From positions 1 through 64,000 of the forward strand of contig JAYWIR010000042.1 in the NCBI GenBank assembly GCA_036172245.1: a stretch of DNA of 64,000 bases, in the 5' to 3' direction. A program made the translations under genes and the position numbers. This stretch comes from Raillietiella orientalis. Taxonomy: Eukaryota. The notes beneath the pieces were generated by a model that had not been told where the DNA came from, ran no database searches, and saw nothing but the letters and a program-made list of their open reading frames with translations. Shown one piece after another: positions 23,200-36,249 of this stretch; position 1 is the stretch's first letter, and every line of letters begins with the position of its first letter.

Positions 23200-26100
23200 T
23201 TTAATGATTGCTGTGCCGTCGGCATCGTTTAGGATGAACCTGCTCATAGCAGCCTTTTGAATTCTTTCATGATGCATACAGATTTGCTTGTGTACTTATA
23301 TGTATGTATCAAAAAGACCCTGGGAGAAAGCATGCAGAAACAGTGCAGAGCGTTTACTAAAGAATAGGTACTTTTCCTCCATTTTCTAGGGATTTTATGC
23401 CGATGAATCCGATAATAATGACCGACTCCTCGAATAAGGAGAATATTTAGGCGAAAGTCTCTTCTGCACCACAGCAATGGACTCAATGTGGAACCACAAT
23501 TATGATTTGTACATGGGCGGCTGAGACGTCTCCTGGAAACTCATCATGAGAGTCCTTTTGGAGAATTGCTTGCGTTATCTTGCCAGTACATTTCACTGGT
23601 ATCAGAGGGCATTAAATAAAGTGTCGCTAATTAAGGTTTCCGATGATTCCAACTCCGAGATGATCTGGCTGCTTGCAGGAAGCAAAATGCTGACGTGTGG
23701 ACTTTGCATGGTTCACACTCCGAAAACTCGCACCAAAGCCACGCACACGGCCGTTGCCTTTAAAACGAAAAGCTCTCTTCCCGTGATCTGGAGTCAGTTT
23801 TCGAGAGCAGAGCTTTGGAAGCTGTCAACTCCTGTCTACGAAACTGCAGAAACGGTGCAATCATGGATTCCAAATACACCAGTAGGATAATCGAATCTTG
23901 ACACATCGGTGGATATTGACGGATGCATTCGAAATGGCTGCAGCATTCTTTTAGAATGTGCTGTGATGCCTACAACTGACGGTGCCTGAGGCAGTGAAAA
24001 GAAATGCTTAATGCCTGGGTGCTGCTGAACTTCCAAGTGGCACCTCGAAACAGCAACGGAAACGAAAATCGGCGAAAAAGGAGCTCCACTTACCCGAAGT
24101 AATTAGCTGTTGCTGCAATATGGATGCTGATTACAGATCGATTCGCTCGACGGATCTGATCTGCAATGCGCTTCAGGAAAAAAGCTCCTCTCCGGAGCCC
24201 CATTCCATTCCTCTGCGCGCTTTCTTTGTCATTTTACCCACATGCCTGCCGGACCTCAGCTTCAGAGCGACTGCATCCCATTATCCCAGAGATCAGTCTC
24301 TCTGGACGGTGCTGTGCGTTATAGAACGATGGTGAAAGCTCGTTTATGGTGCGTTTCTGTGGAATCGGAATTTCACTTCAAAGCATCCATCACCAGTTTG
24401 AGTTTCACTACTAATTTGATTATTCCATTTTATAAGTTTCAAGACAGGTGTTCTGTTTATGAGATCGACTTATCACACACTTTGTCTGTTGCGATTTTGA
24501 TTGTTCCATAAATCATAGATGACACGCAGCAATCTCCATTACAAAGTTCGCACATCATGCATGATATATTGAGCCGTTTGATGACCTGAAAACATCTGAA
24601 AATTTACACATAGGGTAATTCGTAATTTCCAACGTATAGATCAGACTTCTGAGAAAGCATGGGAGATGCTTCTGGACGATTCCGTAGCATGGCGGAACGC
24701 TGAAATAGAGAACCCTTCCTTGGTTGGTCCAAAATTTTCGCTGCAAATTGAAGCAACATTCTGGATAATTAATTCTTTCGGGTGGAGCTCCAGTGCAATA
24801 TACGGTAGAAATGAGTTCCTGCCATGATATGATGTTTATTTTGATTTTGGAGTTCCAAGCTACACTACTCTTTTATCTTTTTTTTTTTTTTTTTTTCAAT
24901 TTTTCTTTTCGCAGTGTGACCCTGATCGCTTTGAAAAACGCTTTTTCAAAAACACTTTTGGTTTATAAGTAATCCAGAGATAAAGAATTACAGATCTGCT
25001 CCTGAAAAACAACACGCACAAAAAATTCAGTTTTATAATTTCACTAGGGAAGAGTCAACAAGAAAAGAAGAAACTCGGTGCCTCCAGGGGAGAGCGCGTG
25101 ACAAAGCTGGTGATTGGATGACGAGTTCATCGCGCGAGGTCATGGTAAGCAGTGGTCTTTAGCGATTCTGTTGTATCCATCGACGCCAAACAGGAAAGAG
25201 CTGAGCTCTGCGGACATTTAATACCGCTGCACCTTTGGCAGAAATGCTTCCCGTTTGAAGTGAAGATGTCTGTTAGCTGAGAGGGCAGTCAGCATTGCAT
25301 AGGAAATCAGAAAAAAGGAATGCTTTCGTGCGGACCCTCTGGAAGCTGCATTCCCGTTAAAGAGGACGTACATCTTACTCACGCTATGATCACCAGGAGA
25401 AATCAACTGAACCGAAAATCCGGGAGCAGCGGACACCTGTGTGCAAGCAGGAGCTCAAGCTTCCCTCAGACGTGCCGACCGCACGCCATCAGATGGAAAG
25501 TTTCGAAGGATCAAGATGGAAGCGCCGTTGCTGCTGCAGAGCGAATTTTAACCAGCGAAATCGGGCCTACCTGAAAGGATGCCTCAGAAAGGAACCCTCT
25601 CCTGTGATCTTATCGAAACTGCCGCGATTCAGCTTTTCATGCCGAAGGATGTTGAACTACCGGTTCCATACCAATAAATACCATTACAAAGAGGGATAAG
25701 AACGGCCATAAAGCTCTGATGGAAGAGATGGAAGTTAATCGAAAAAACGGACGAAAACGCATTCATGAACTCAGCTGATTGGGATTCTAAATGGAGCATC
25801 ACTGGTATATGTATATGCACGTCATATTCCTCGTTCTTTATATATGTGACCGTATGCATTGCTGTCTGCTTTGATAAGTGCTCATGTAATCTCTGGGTAT
25901 GTGCACAGAATGACTCTAAGGCAACATGGGAACTGGGAATGGGCTGATAGTGTTACCGGCAGTTAGCAGACCTTCAGGGAGGTGGACTAGAGGAAAGTGT
26001 TGGCAAATATTTGTTTGCTGGTATCAGCATTTTTTTGGCTCTGACTATTTACCGCTAAAGCTCGGACACACTACAGCGGTGAGGCTCTTCGGAACAGTAC

Positions 26101-27000
26101 GTGGTCCTGTTTGCAGGTCCTGATGAAAGGTAGAGCTAATCACCGAAGAAATCTGATGCAGACGTTTCTTGATTAAATTCGACTTGCAGAAAACGAGCCG
26201 GCTTCTACACTGCCAGCATCATACGTTTCCACGTCAGCGTGGTGTGTGACCCTCATACAAAGGCAGTGGTGAAGTGAAGGAACAGCAGATTGGCGCCGCC
26301 TTCATGAGGACATGGGTTTTGCCGGCGCGAAACCAACATTGGCTGAGCACTCAGCGTAAACATCCAACGAGTATTGTGGAAGTGCTCACAGAGTGAGTGA
26401 ATCCGGTCCGCCAGCCGATGGCATCCCAATAAGTTCTCCATGAATCTGTTGAGGCTTCGGAAAAGGAAGTTTATTAGATCTTTGTCTACAGTGACACTTA
26501 TTAGAGGTATCATTCGCAGAGAATAAGCACAATACGAGTGTAATTGGAAGAGCACGGAGCTTCTCATGTTCACGACGGCCCAAAAGAAAACGCATTTTGC
26601 GGGAGCTTTCTTGTCTTGTTGGAATCTATCACTGAAGAGTTGTGTACCATGGTATGCCGGAGTACTTTCTGTTTGTGCAGCTCACGTGGAACTGTACACG
26701 CAAAGGTCTTATTGCATCACAGCGGAGTGTCTTCTTCTCCAGTGCCATTGTGTCAGAAATGCCCGAATCGATACTTTGCAGGTGGCGATATCAGATAGGG
26801 GAGACTCAATTGGTTGGGTTTCCAGGACCTCGGGAAGAGACACTCTTTCGAATCTATCAAGGATGAAGGGTGGAGACTCTCGTGCTCATCAGATTCTCTC
26901 GAAGCAGATGATTACTGCTGCTGCCTTGAATATCGTTCGGCAAAGCATGTGGCGGCAGAACAGAACTTGTTCTTCCACTTCTAGCAGCGTTTCATGGACG
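23200..27000. pseudogene. Further decayed PPR-like sequence (minus ~23.2-24.0 kb; plus ~24.1-27.0 kb)
   Basis: Scattered fragments: QIISELESSETLISDTLFNAL (-), YAGVLSVCAAHVEL and MKGGDSRAHQ (+). Very degraded, boundaries uncertain. Confidence 0.3.
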
Positions 27001-27749
27001 AGGAAATGAAGCGCCATTTCTTTAAGTATTTTTCAAGGCTGTTTTGCGCGCCGAAGAGATGGAGATTGCAAGAGGACAAAAAAAACTACGACGCTGCCTG
27101 CGTGCCATTCCAGATAAAGTGTGAAGATAAGCAGACTCAATTTTACATATGGCGTGAGGAAGACTACGTGGTTTCATGTGCATACACACGCGAGTGTACT
27201 CTTCATGCATGCGAATACATGCAAATGACGTAAACATGTTTGCATGCATGTGTGGCCATTCCGGAATCGAAAATACTTTCGCAGGTTGACATTTGACACA
27301 GGCTATACAATAAAAAGGGTACAAATCTATTTTTGCATGTCTCTCAGGAGTCAATCTATTTCTCTGTTTCCTTCATTTCCTCAAATCTATGCCGCGTCAA
27401 CAACACGTCAGTGACACTGCAGAAACCATCATCCTGGAGTTGCTTCTTTGCATTTGATCTCTCTTCTTTTTTCTTTTAGCAGTTAAATCCTGAGAACATT
27501 CTTCCTTTCATGCTTTCTAAGCTATTCTAACCGTTGTTTGCCCTCACCGTTGTACACGATTCCACGGTATACACGCATTCTTGCGATTCCTCTTTTTCTG
27601 GACTATTTTGCGGTACCAAAGTATGATTTACTTCCGGGGAAAAAAAAAAAAAACTTCCCACAGACAAGAGCCCTGCAATTTTTTTTATTCCTTTCCCTCG
27701 AGGAATAAAAAAAAATTGACGAGCGTGGAACAATTTCCAGATTGGCTTA

Positions 27750-30600
27750 TTCAAAATAATGCAGTAAGTTGGTAGTTCCGATGGAATCTCGGGATGACTT
27801 AGAAATGATGAGAGCGCGGGACATGGTAAGATGCGGGGATGCGTCTCTATTGAAGCAATCACTGGAAAGGCGCTACATGGTTTTGCATAATGGCTGCGAC
27901 ACTTTACTACAAGAGCATCTTTTCTTTATAATCTGGCATATTTCTTAATTTGTGCAATCTTTGGGCTCTTTCCAATACAATATAAGAAAATGGATTCCTA
28001 AGCACTTTGTTGGCCTATTTAAGAGAACCCCTTGGAATAAGAACCCTCAGTTGATAGGCAAAGCCCAAGAAGAAAATGTCAGTTCCGTCTAAACGGAAAT
28101 TTATAGAGTATGCAGGTTCTAGGAATGTTTCCATTGAATCATAAACTCTTATCAGAGTAAGATGGAAATAGGTTGCTTAGCGGGGCATCTTATCCAAAAT
28201 AGCATTAGTACCAGAGATGAACGTTTCGAAGAATGAAGTAAGCTTGCCTTGAAGTTTAATTGATTTGATTCGAGAAATCACATTACTTGAAGAGTTGCTT
28301 CGCAGATGATGACAAATGTGAAGTCCTTGCTAAGCTTTTTATGGACTCAACGAAGAATAACAGGAGGATTGCGTTCAGAGAGGAAGTTCAGCTGCATTGC
28401 ACCAAAAATAAAAAAAACTAATTCCAAAAATACGTCAGGGATGCAGGAGAATTTCACACGAGAGCTGGAGGAGTAAGAAAACTTCCTCCTTGATGAAGAG
28501 AAACTCAACTTTAAGTCAGCGAGTGCGTTATTTCCCGAAGCTATCTTGGCTCAGAACGATCTTCCTTCTTAACCAAGGTGTTCAGATTCGGTAAGAGTCC
28601 CAGAAGCGCCACTTTGCTGTGGGGGACCAGATTGGAGAAAAGCGAATTCCAGAATCCGACAGGAGCGGGCAGGCGCCCTAAAGGGGCACTGTGAGCTCGT
28701 GATTGAAATTCAAGAGTCAAGAACTCTTCTTGAACGCGTGTGATCGCACAGATTCCTTGTTCGACTGTGGGCTTTGAGTTTTCAGTTCTCACTTGGATCC
28801 CGAGTTTCCGCTTCGAACTTGGGAGAACCTTGGATCCAGAGACCGAACCCTGGAATCTGGAATTCCAAACGTTAGGTCCAAATGATATGCGTTGATAGGT
28901 CACACGTAACGACTGTGGTCGCCGTGACACTTGAACTGGAAATTTAAAAAAAATGTGCATTATGGATGAAGCAGGAACACGCTACAGTTAAAAACACTAT
29001 TGTAGAAGGTTCGAGAAAATTTCGCAGCTCTATGTGAACAGTTCGCAGATTCACCTTTGCTTAAAGTGCGTTAGGTGCATAGAGGCTGCCTTACCGTGCA
29101 CTCTTCGAGCACGCTGATTGGTATTCCGATTGAGGAAAAATCTTCACAAGGATTCTAAGGATTCAGGTGAATAATCCTAGTCCCTGGTCACATAATAATC
29201 CTGGATACGAGAAGTGCACTGACTTTCCCTGCCAATAAAATAAGTCAATGAAAACTTAGGGGCAGCTGGAAGGTCGAGTTGAACACTTGCATTTCTTTCC
29301 AGTTCCTTTCGGTTTATTTTGGTGATAAAATACATCAGGGATGGAATTTTTCCAAGCAGAGAAAAAAACATGAAGACGGAAATGGGGCATTGGGAAGGCC
29401 TTAAATTCCACCATTTACCTAATCTCTACACAAGAGCTTGGATGATCATAAACACACAAACGGCTTTCAACGAAGCTTCAGGAGAACATATTGGCTTCTT
29501 CGTGTCAGTTCTTCGCCACCAAGGCAACTATCCTGAACTGGAGCTGAAGCTCCAGTCACTCCAGCGTTAGGAGGCCATGACCTCACCTCAACTCCAGAAG
29601 AAATCGCGAATCATCCACTGGAACCTACTTCCAAACAGAACAGTTTTATCAAGACGATGTATAGGTGGAGAAACACGTACAGAGAGGGAGTCGCTATGTG
29701 TTTATTTAATCCAAATGCACGTCAATATAGATGTCGTCGTAACAGCCATGGAATTGCCCGTGCAAAATAGTCTCCATGGCCCATAAGTTCTTCAGAGCTA
29801 ATGAAACTTGCTTTCAAAAACACATTACCAGCTGGCTTTCCACATTTAAGACCCTGAGACCATCATTAACGAGACCATTAGTAACGAGAATCACTGCTAA
29901 GGCAGCAAGCTTGAAAATGCGTCCCTGCTTTTCACTAACCTCTTGCAGAATACTCTCAGAAGATGGAGGACAGAAAAATTATCTGCAGAGCTGTTTCCAT
30001 GTTGTGAGAGGATTTTTCAGTGATGAAACCACAAAAGCGAGCGTAGAAGAGTGCCTCCTCGGATGCAAAGGAAATGTCTTTCCAGACGCTTCACGCAGCG
30101 TGAGTAAACCACATGCTGAAAAAGTTCCTTATCTAGAGGGAAAAATGAACATGCACTACTAATGGAAGAGTCTTCATGCTTCAAAGGTCAATGGCGAGTG
30201 GAAGAGATTGCTCCTTCGGTGAATACCCAATCGAAGTGCAGTGCTAATGCGAAAACAATTCAGTCCTTTGCTGACCAGAAGCGATTTGTCAAAAGTTTGC
30301 TTTCATTCAGTGGAAATTTCCGCAAGCGCCATCAGGTGAAAAAAAAAAGCGCCCTCGCAAGAAGGCATCACGGAAATCCGTCACGTGGTAGTCCTTCGAG
30401 GACACGTTCGCGAAAGACCGGAAGTCCTTGGTATCCAGAAAAACTCAAAGTCTTTTAGGAAAGGAGCGCGCAAAGAGGAAGAACGCCCAAATTCACCATC
30501 ATCGAACTTTGTAGGGAAGACAAGTTCAAGACGAAACAGATTGCACCAGAAGGAACAGCTTTCATCTCCAAGAGGAGAGGGAAGAGGAACCGGCATCAGA
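27750..30600 (+). mobile_element. Degenerate Ty3/gypsy pol relic (RT thumb, RNase H linker, integrase)
   Basis: MMTNVKSLLSFLW...RKFSCIAPK (~28310-28410, cf. PxNVKxLRSFLG...FSxIAxPL); IKYIRDGIFP (~29325); RPLVTRITAKAAS...RILSEDG (~29870-29970). Confidence 0.55.
28579..28929. mobile_element. Possible solo LTR nested in the gypsy pol relic
   Basis: 351-bp GC-richer segment bounded by TGTTCA...GTGACA (TG..CA) that appears to interrupt the RT/RNase H relic. No matching target-site duplication. Confidence 0.3.
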
Positions 30601-31968
30601 GAACCACTGCTCCACTCTTTATGATTTCCGCCGTCGCCGCTGAGCCGCGTTTGCCACACGTGCAAGTAAACTGAGAACGCACGGTCAGCAGGATTTTCTC
30701 AGGTGTTTCTCAGGTTTCTCGCCTCAGTTCAGATTCTCGATGTTTTTCTATGTTTTTTTCTATTTCCTTGCGTCCTTACTAGTCCTCTCTATTCATTCCT
30801 CACTTCCTCATTATGGCCTGTTAACGTGGAAAAGCACGAACAAGCTTGGCTTGTTTTATTTATTTTCTCGGGCGAATACATAAACCGGTACACCGTGATG
30901 AGATTACCCAATTCATCTTTCCCGAAAGCAGGTGCTGACCTGAAGTACCAGGTGAAAAAATTCTGCCGAATTCTTACCAAGTCTCTAGAGCATTTGCAGC
31001 AGACCGAACAGCCCCATTCGAGACAAAAAAAAAAATCATACTTTGGCGAGACATTGTGCACAGTTTCTTTGGTAACGAAACATGGAAAGCTCGGCTGCTG
31101 CGTATCTCGAGGCGTTCAATGAAACTGATTTCTGAGCTTCACCTGGGATGCGAAACGGAATCGATTTGAAGGCAGAGGAATGATCAAATCATCAGAAGGA
31201 AATCCTGCGGATCCCACATGAATGGAAATGAAATGCAACAAACCGGACGACTTTCCTCCATCTGGAGGTTGCTCTCGCCGCTGGAGCCATCATCAAACAT
31301 CCACAGATGCGTCCAAGAGAGCACGAAGCTCACAGCAGGGATGGCATAGTCAATGGAATCAGCCGATTTTTGCCTTTGCTGTGAGCCGCTCGGATACGCA
31401 TTCCTCGAGGGTCCACCGAGTATGCGGGCGCCCGGTAGGCTCATGAACTTCCGCTTCCGGATTATTTCACCCGGGGGGAGCGAGTCGTCAGTAGTACACC
31501 AGGAAGTGCACCTGTGGTAAAACTGCTGGGGGGTCCACGAGCTGAAAAAGCCGCTTCGAAAAGGACGTCCGGTTCATTTCGTTGGCAATTGCTCTCAACA
31601 GGTTGCGACAAAATGCCGCACCCGATGGTGCGGTTTCCAGGGAGCACGCAAACATCAGGAAAGCTCGTGGTAACCGAACAGACCCGCAAACAACCACCGA
31701 TGACAAGTTATATCTATCCTGTTGTCGAAGGATCCTAAGAGAAAATACTTATACTGAAGATTTCCAAGGGAACTCTGTAGCGTAGGAAGCGTTTGCCACT
31801 TTTGCATAAGGCGAATGATTCAAATGAAAGCGAATGAAGGATGACTAATGAAGCTGGATGTGTGTGTTTGTGTTTCTGAAAAAGCGATCTGACTGTCAGG
31901 ATTGCTTTTTTGGAAGTTGATACAAAAAAATACATAAAATATATGAAATCATAAATTTCGTCCTTACA

Positions 31969-31999
<31 letters not shown>

Positions 32000-32199
32000 G
32001 AAAGACACACTTTAGGGCACAACGATGGTTTTATCTGCAAGTTTCCCTTCAAAGACACCGTATATTGGGTTTGCATTCGGAAGTCTGGAAATCGGGAATC
32101 CCTGAAAGCGTTTATGAGTTTATTTTCCCTTTCATGCACATCCTTGAAAAGGTGAATTCTTAGGACCATGCATGTGTTTTTTTTGTGATGCCCCTGGCT

Positions 32200-35100
32200 A
32201 CCTCTCGCTTGAGATCATCGTCATATTGGTCTCTCTTTCACGCCCCAAAGGGAACCAACAGGAGCCCAACCAAGGATGTTGGTTTCAAATCTTCTAAGCA
32301 TACATTTGAGTCATCTACGGTTTCGCCTGTTATTTTTAGGGCGCGGTTGGATTCTCATATCCTGAGAACGAATCTCTCGGAGAGAACGTCTCGCTTCGGT
32401 TTTCGTCCTTCAATCTTGCAAATTTGTTCTCTTTCTCCAGCTGGAAGTTTTCTTTTATCCACATGCATTCTGATTCTCACTGCCGACCTTTTTCTTTCCC
32501 TCTCTTGTCGCATTTGCTTAATTTATGTTTCCAGTCATAGAGGCTACAAGGATTTAAGCTAATATCTCCATAGTCGGACACATCTGTCCGATGTCATCTG
32601 TCCCTTTCTTCACACCCCCTATCTACATATCTGCTGTACTCAATCTCCGCACTGTCTCATTGATTTTGCCGGAAAGAAACGATTTCCTGGAGCTGAATCC
32701 AGAGATCCGACTCTGAATCATCGTCTGGTATGAATAAATTTGAAGTGTTCCACCTTACCTATTCAGGTTTCGCATTGTAAACCAATGCCTTATGGTCATT
32801 AGTGATCACTTAGTTACAGCTGTAGAGACCGTCTTATTGGCATTTTTGGGGACTCATATCGAAATCCTTTACGTTTTAGCTGAAAGATCACTTTCAAGTA
32901 ATGGAGAGAAACATAAGAAACGTTTCTTTTTCTGGAAGCGTTCGTTAAGTGTATTATCTGAGAGCTTCCAACGAGTCATTCCGCTCCTCTGAACATAAGC
33001 ACTTTTTTATCACTTTATATTTTGGAGGGAACTGCAAATTTGCTTGATTTCATGAAAATATTCAAAGAGCAAAAATCTCCAATGAAGAACCCTTTTTTTG
33101 CTTTTTTGTATGCAATCTTCATTTTCATTTCGAGACGAATCAGGTGGTCTTTCCCGTGCAATATGGAGCTTTCCAGGAACTGTCCAGATATTCATTGATG
33201 TTGTCTAACAAGTATTTCTCCGAGGTCTTCCGGAAAAGGAAGAACCCAACCTTATCTTCCGCCACCCACAGGCAGGCTGTAACTCGTTTATGTCTCACAT
33301 TCCCTGTGGAAATATGTCTTCTCTAGCTGATATTGGCAGATCTCACTCTGCCAACTCTGTCAGGAGATTAGTAAAAGTTCATATATCGTATGCTTCACTA
33401 CTCACTCTAGAAGATTCGAAAACAGGGTGATTTCTGTTCGGCCTCTAGTTGAAGCGAGATTATGATGACATATCGCCGATAGAGAGCTGCCAAAAATTCT
33501 CAGCGAGCTGGCTGCGGCTTCGAGTGTGGATCAATGCTAGAGACGGTTCATGCTGTCCACTTTCAGGAGTATTCAGAAATCTCAAGTGCTCATTTATTAC
33601 ATGAAACGCTCTTACCTCTCACGGAGAAGTGCTGGCAGAAAGTAATGGGACCATCCACAGGCGTGCTTCTTTCTCCCAGGCTTTGGCAAAATGCAGTAGC
33701 AACTGCGCATTGGCTCGCCGTGATCAGTTCCAATTGGAAGAATTCTTCCTCCTCCCTCAAAGACCCTCCCTTTTTATCAGCCTCTCCTTCATCCATGGAG
33801 ATGCTTTGTACTGATTTCTTACCCTTCGAGCGCATGGCGTCCAGCCATCATCCATCGCTCTATCCGGGTTCCTCGGATCTTACAATGGGTTTCAAAAAAT
33901 GAATTTGTCAGTTGGTTGAATTCGAGGTGAAATGATGAATACTGAGATGATGAATTCTGCAGGCTGCAAGACTGCATAGAGGAAATGAGACCGCAAACCG
34001 CACCTGAGCTCATGAAGCAACCACCGGAGCCCTCTCTTCGGTCAGCTAGCTAACTAGCTTGTGTACCAACTGTTCACAATAGTTTCTGTCCTCTTCAGAT
34101 GCCCATGAAGGAATGACGATTATGACTTCGAAAAAATGCTAGTGAAGCATGAACTGTGCAGAATATGATTTTATTATTGTCTTCGAATATAATTCTCCTA
34201 AATAAATCAAATGCATCTTTGCAAAGATTGCACACAAAACCTCCAACAACATGTCGAAAAGATACATTACAGAGCGATGCCGCCGGATCCAACTATTCGG
34301 AGACGCGAGGTGCAAAGTAGGACGCAAAAATTGGACCTTCAAATTCATAGTTGGCAAGATCTCCAAATGAATGTCCTGGAAGATGTAACTCTGGAAAAAT
34401 GCTGGCCAGATTTCCACGTGGATGTCTCTCGTGCTGATAAAGTTCATTGAATACATTTTCTTTGTTCCAATTGGATCTCTGGATCTCTTCAGCGAACCCG
34501 TGTAACTGGTCCACTGAATGATTTCTCTTCATTCTGTAGAGCAAGGTTTCATGAGCCTTCCTGTGATTATGTTGTTGAAAAAATTGCAGCAAACACTCAC
34601 GTGGGTGATGGATGACAATAAAGATGATAAATGGAGCTTGGGAAGGGAAGTTTTTCTGCACATCCATCAAGCTGTAGAGATGAAGCAGCTCAATTGGAGG
34701 CTGCTGGTGTCAACTCCGAAAAACAGCTACGGCTGGTGAGACGAAAAAGGGTTTTTTGAGTGCTCTTTCCTAAAGTCGTAAAGGACCATTCCAAAAAACA
34801 TGGAAAACCATAGTTCATCCATGAATCTCGAGCGAGTGAAACCGTCTCACTCTGCCTTTTGAAGATATCGCAGCTGGACGAAAGGCAAACTCCTTGGACA
34901 CGGTCTGCTGATGTCAGAGACGCGGAACTAAGAAACTGAAGAAAACGGGGGATACAAGAAAGGTTTCGTGTATATCCACAAAAACTCTCTCGCATCCTGG
35001 TCACTAACCAAAACTCCGAAATCAGCAATGTGCTACCATCATAGCGGCTGAGATTGCCTGCTCACACTGTTGGAAGGTGAACGAATTGAAGGTGAGCTTT

Positions 35101-36200
35101 TGAACAGAGAAAGGCTGTAATGCCATTCTCCTATAAGAAGGGAAGTCAATCTGTAGAGGAGATTTCACATCAAGCTAAAATTGGTTACAGAAGATGGTGC
35201 ATTCGTTTAAAGCCAAAGTACTGCAGAGGTTTCAATGGAGATATGATTTTCCCGGTAGACGTGAAGATAAATTCGGAAATATCAACCAGAGCTTGAAAAG
35301 CCTTCATCTTCAGCGTGCAGCGTTCGAATCGAGAGAAAAGAGAAAATGTCCTCAAGATGAGAATTATTCCAAGCAAGCATGCAACCTTTGTAGTGCTTCA
35401 GGGCGCAGGTGGATAAAGACCTGTCCGATTCCCCAAACTGTGAGTTCTTCAGGTACCGAGTTGAATGGGGTGGCCGCAGCGGGTTCATCGGAGGAAACCG
35501 ACTAAGTACCTTCAATTTTATGACCGAGCATTCAAAGAAAACAAAATTTTCAAAAGGGGAGAATCAAATTAAAAAAGGTAGTCAACATCTGATGGTATCA
35601 TTCGTAATGCTACTGATGCCAACCCTGCAGCAGGGTCTGTTCTTTGGCGATGCCCCGAGAGGTTTGAAAACTGTGCTTCACCAGTCGTCTGCGTTCAGTA
35701 GCACTTAGAGGGAAAAAACGGCTGTCCAGTGGATTACTGACTTCATCAAATCCTTCTGTTTCTAAACGACGGATCAGGATTGTAGCTAAATGGAATGCAT
35801 AGAAACGATCCATCTCACTAGCAGAACGGAAAGGGATTTCTCAAACTCGTGAATGCTCGGGCTACTAACAGAATTCTCCGTTCTTGAACATCCCTAGGTG
35901 TCGCCTTATGAGATTTCTCATGCAGTAAGGCAAACAAGCAAAAGAACTCGCGGAAGTAGCAGGTTGGTTGACTTTCAGCCGCGCGTACCAGTGTAGAGTG
36001 TTCCTGAAACTCATCGATGACAGACAAACACAGAACAAACAGCGAGATCAAACCTGATCCACAGCAAAGAGGACATCAAGGCGGCACCGTAACTGACTTT
36101 AGGAAAATTCAAGAGAACTGAGCACATCTTGATTGCAACAAAATTTGAAAATCTATTCGAAAATCAGAGGCAGATGAAATTCCAACCTATAAAATGACTG
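32200..36200 (-). pseudogene. Long decayed PLS-class PPR relic (3' portion)
   Basis: GFVCNLCKDAFDLFRRIIFEDNNKIIFCTVHAS (34095-34292); KKGGSLREEEEFFQL...PVDGPITFCQHFS (33590-33835); FQQHNHRKAHETLLYRMKR; PGKLHIARERPPD...FEYFHEIKQICSSL (33010-33195). Confidence 0.65.
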
Positions 36201-36249
36201 CATCATGCAATCGCCTTGCGGGAACCAGTCTTTCCGGCCATGACGGGGT

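Noticed and set aside
27170..27260. Cluster of CATGCA/RY-like motifs (similar at ~50490-50545)
   Set aside because: Low-complexity purine-pyrimidine alternation with no nearby intact gene to regulate.
31460..31482. Motif resembling the LINE terminal hairpin (also at ~30945-30960 and ~42312-42333)
   Set aside because: No upstream HP1/HP2 module or TSD found, so probably chance matches.
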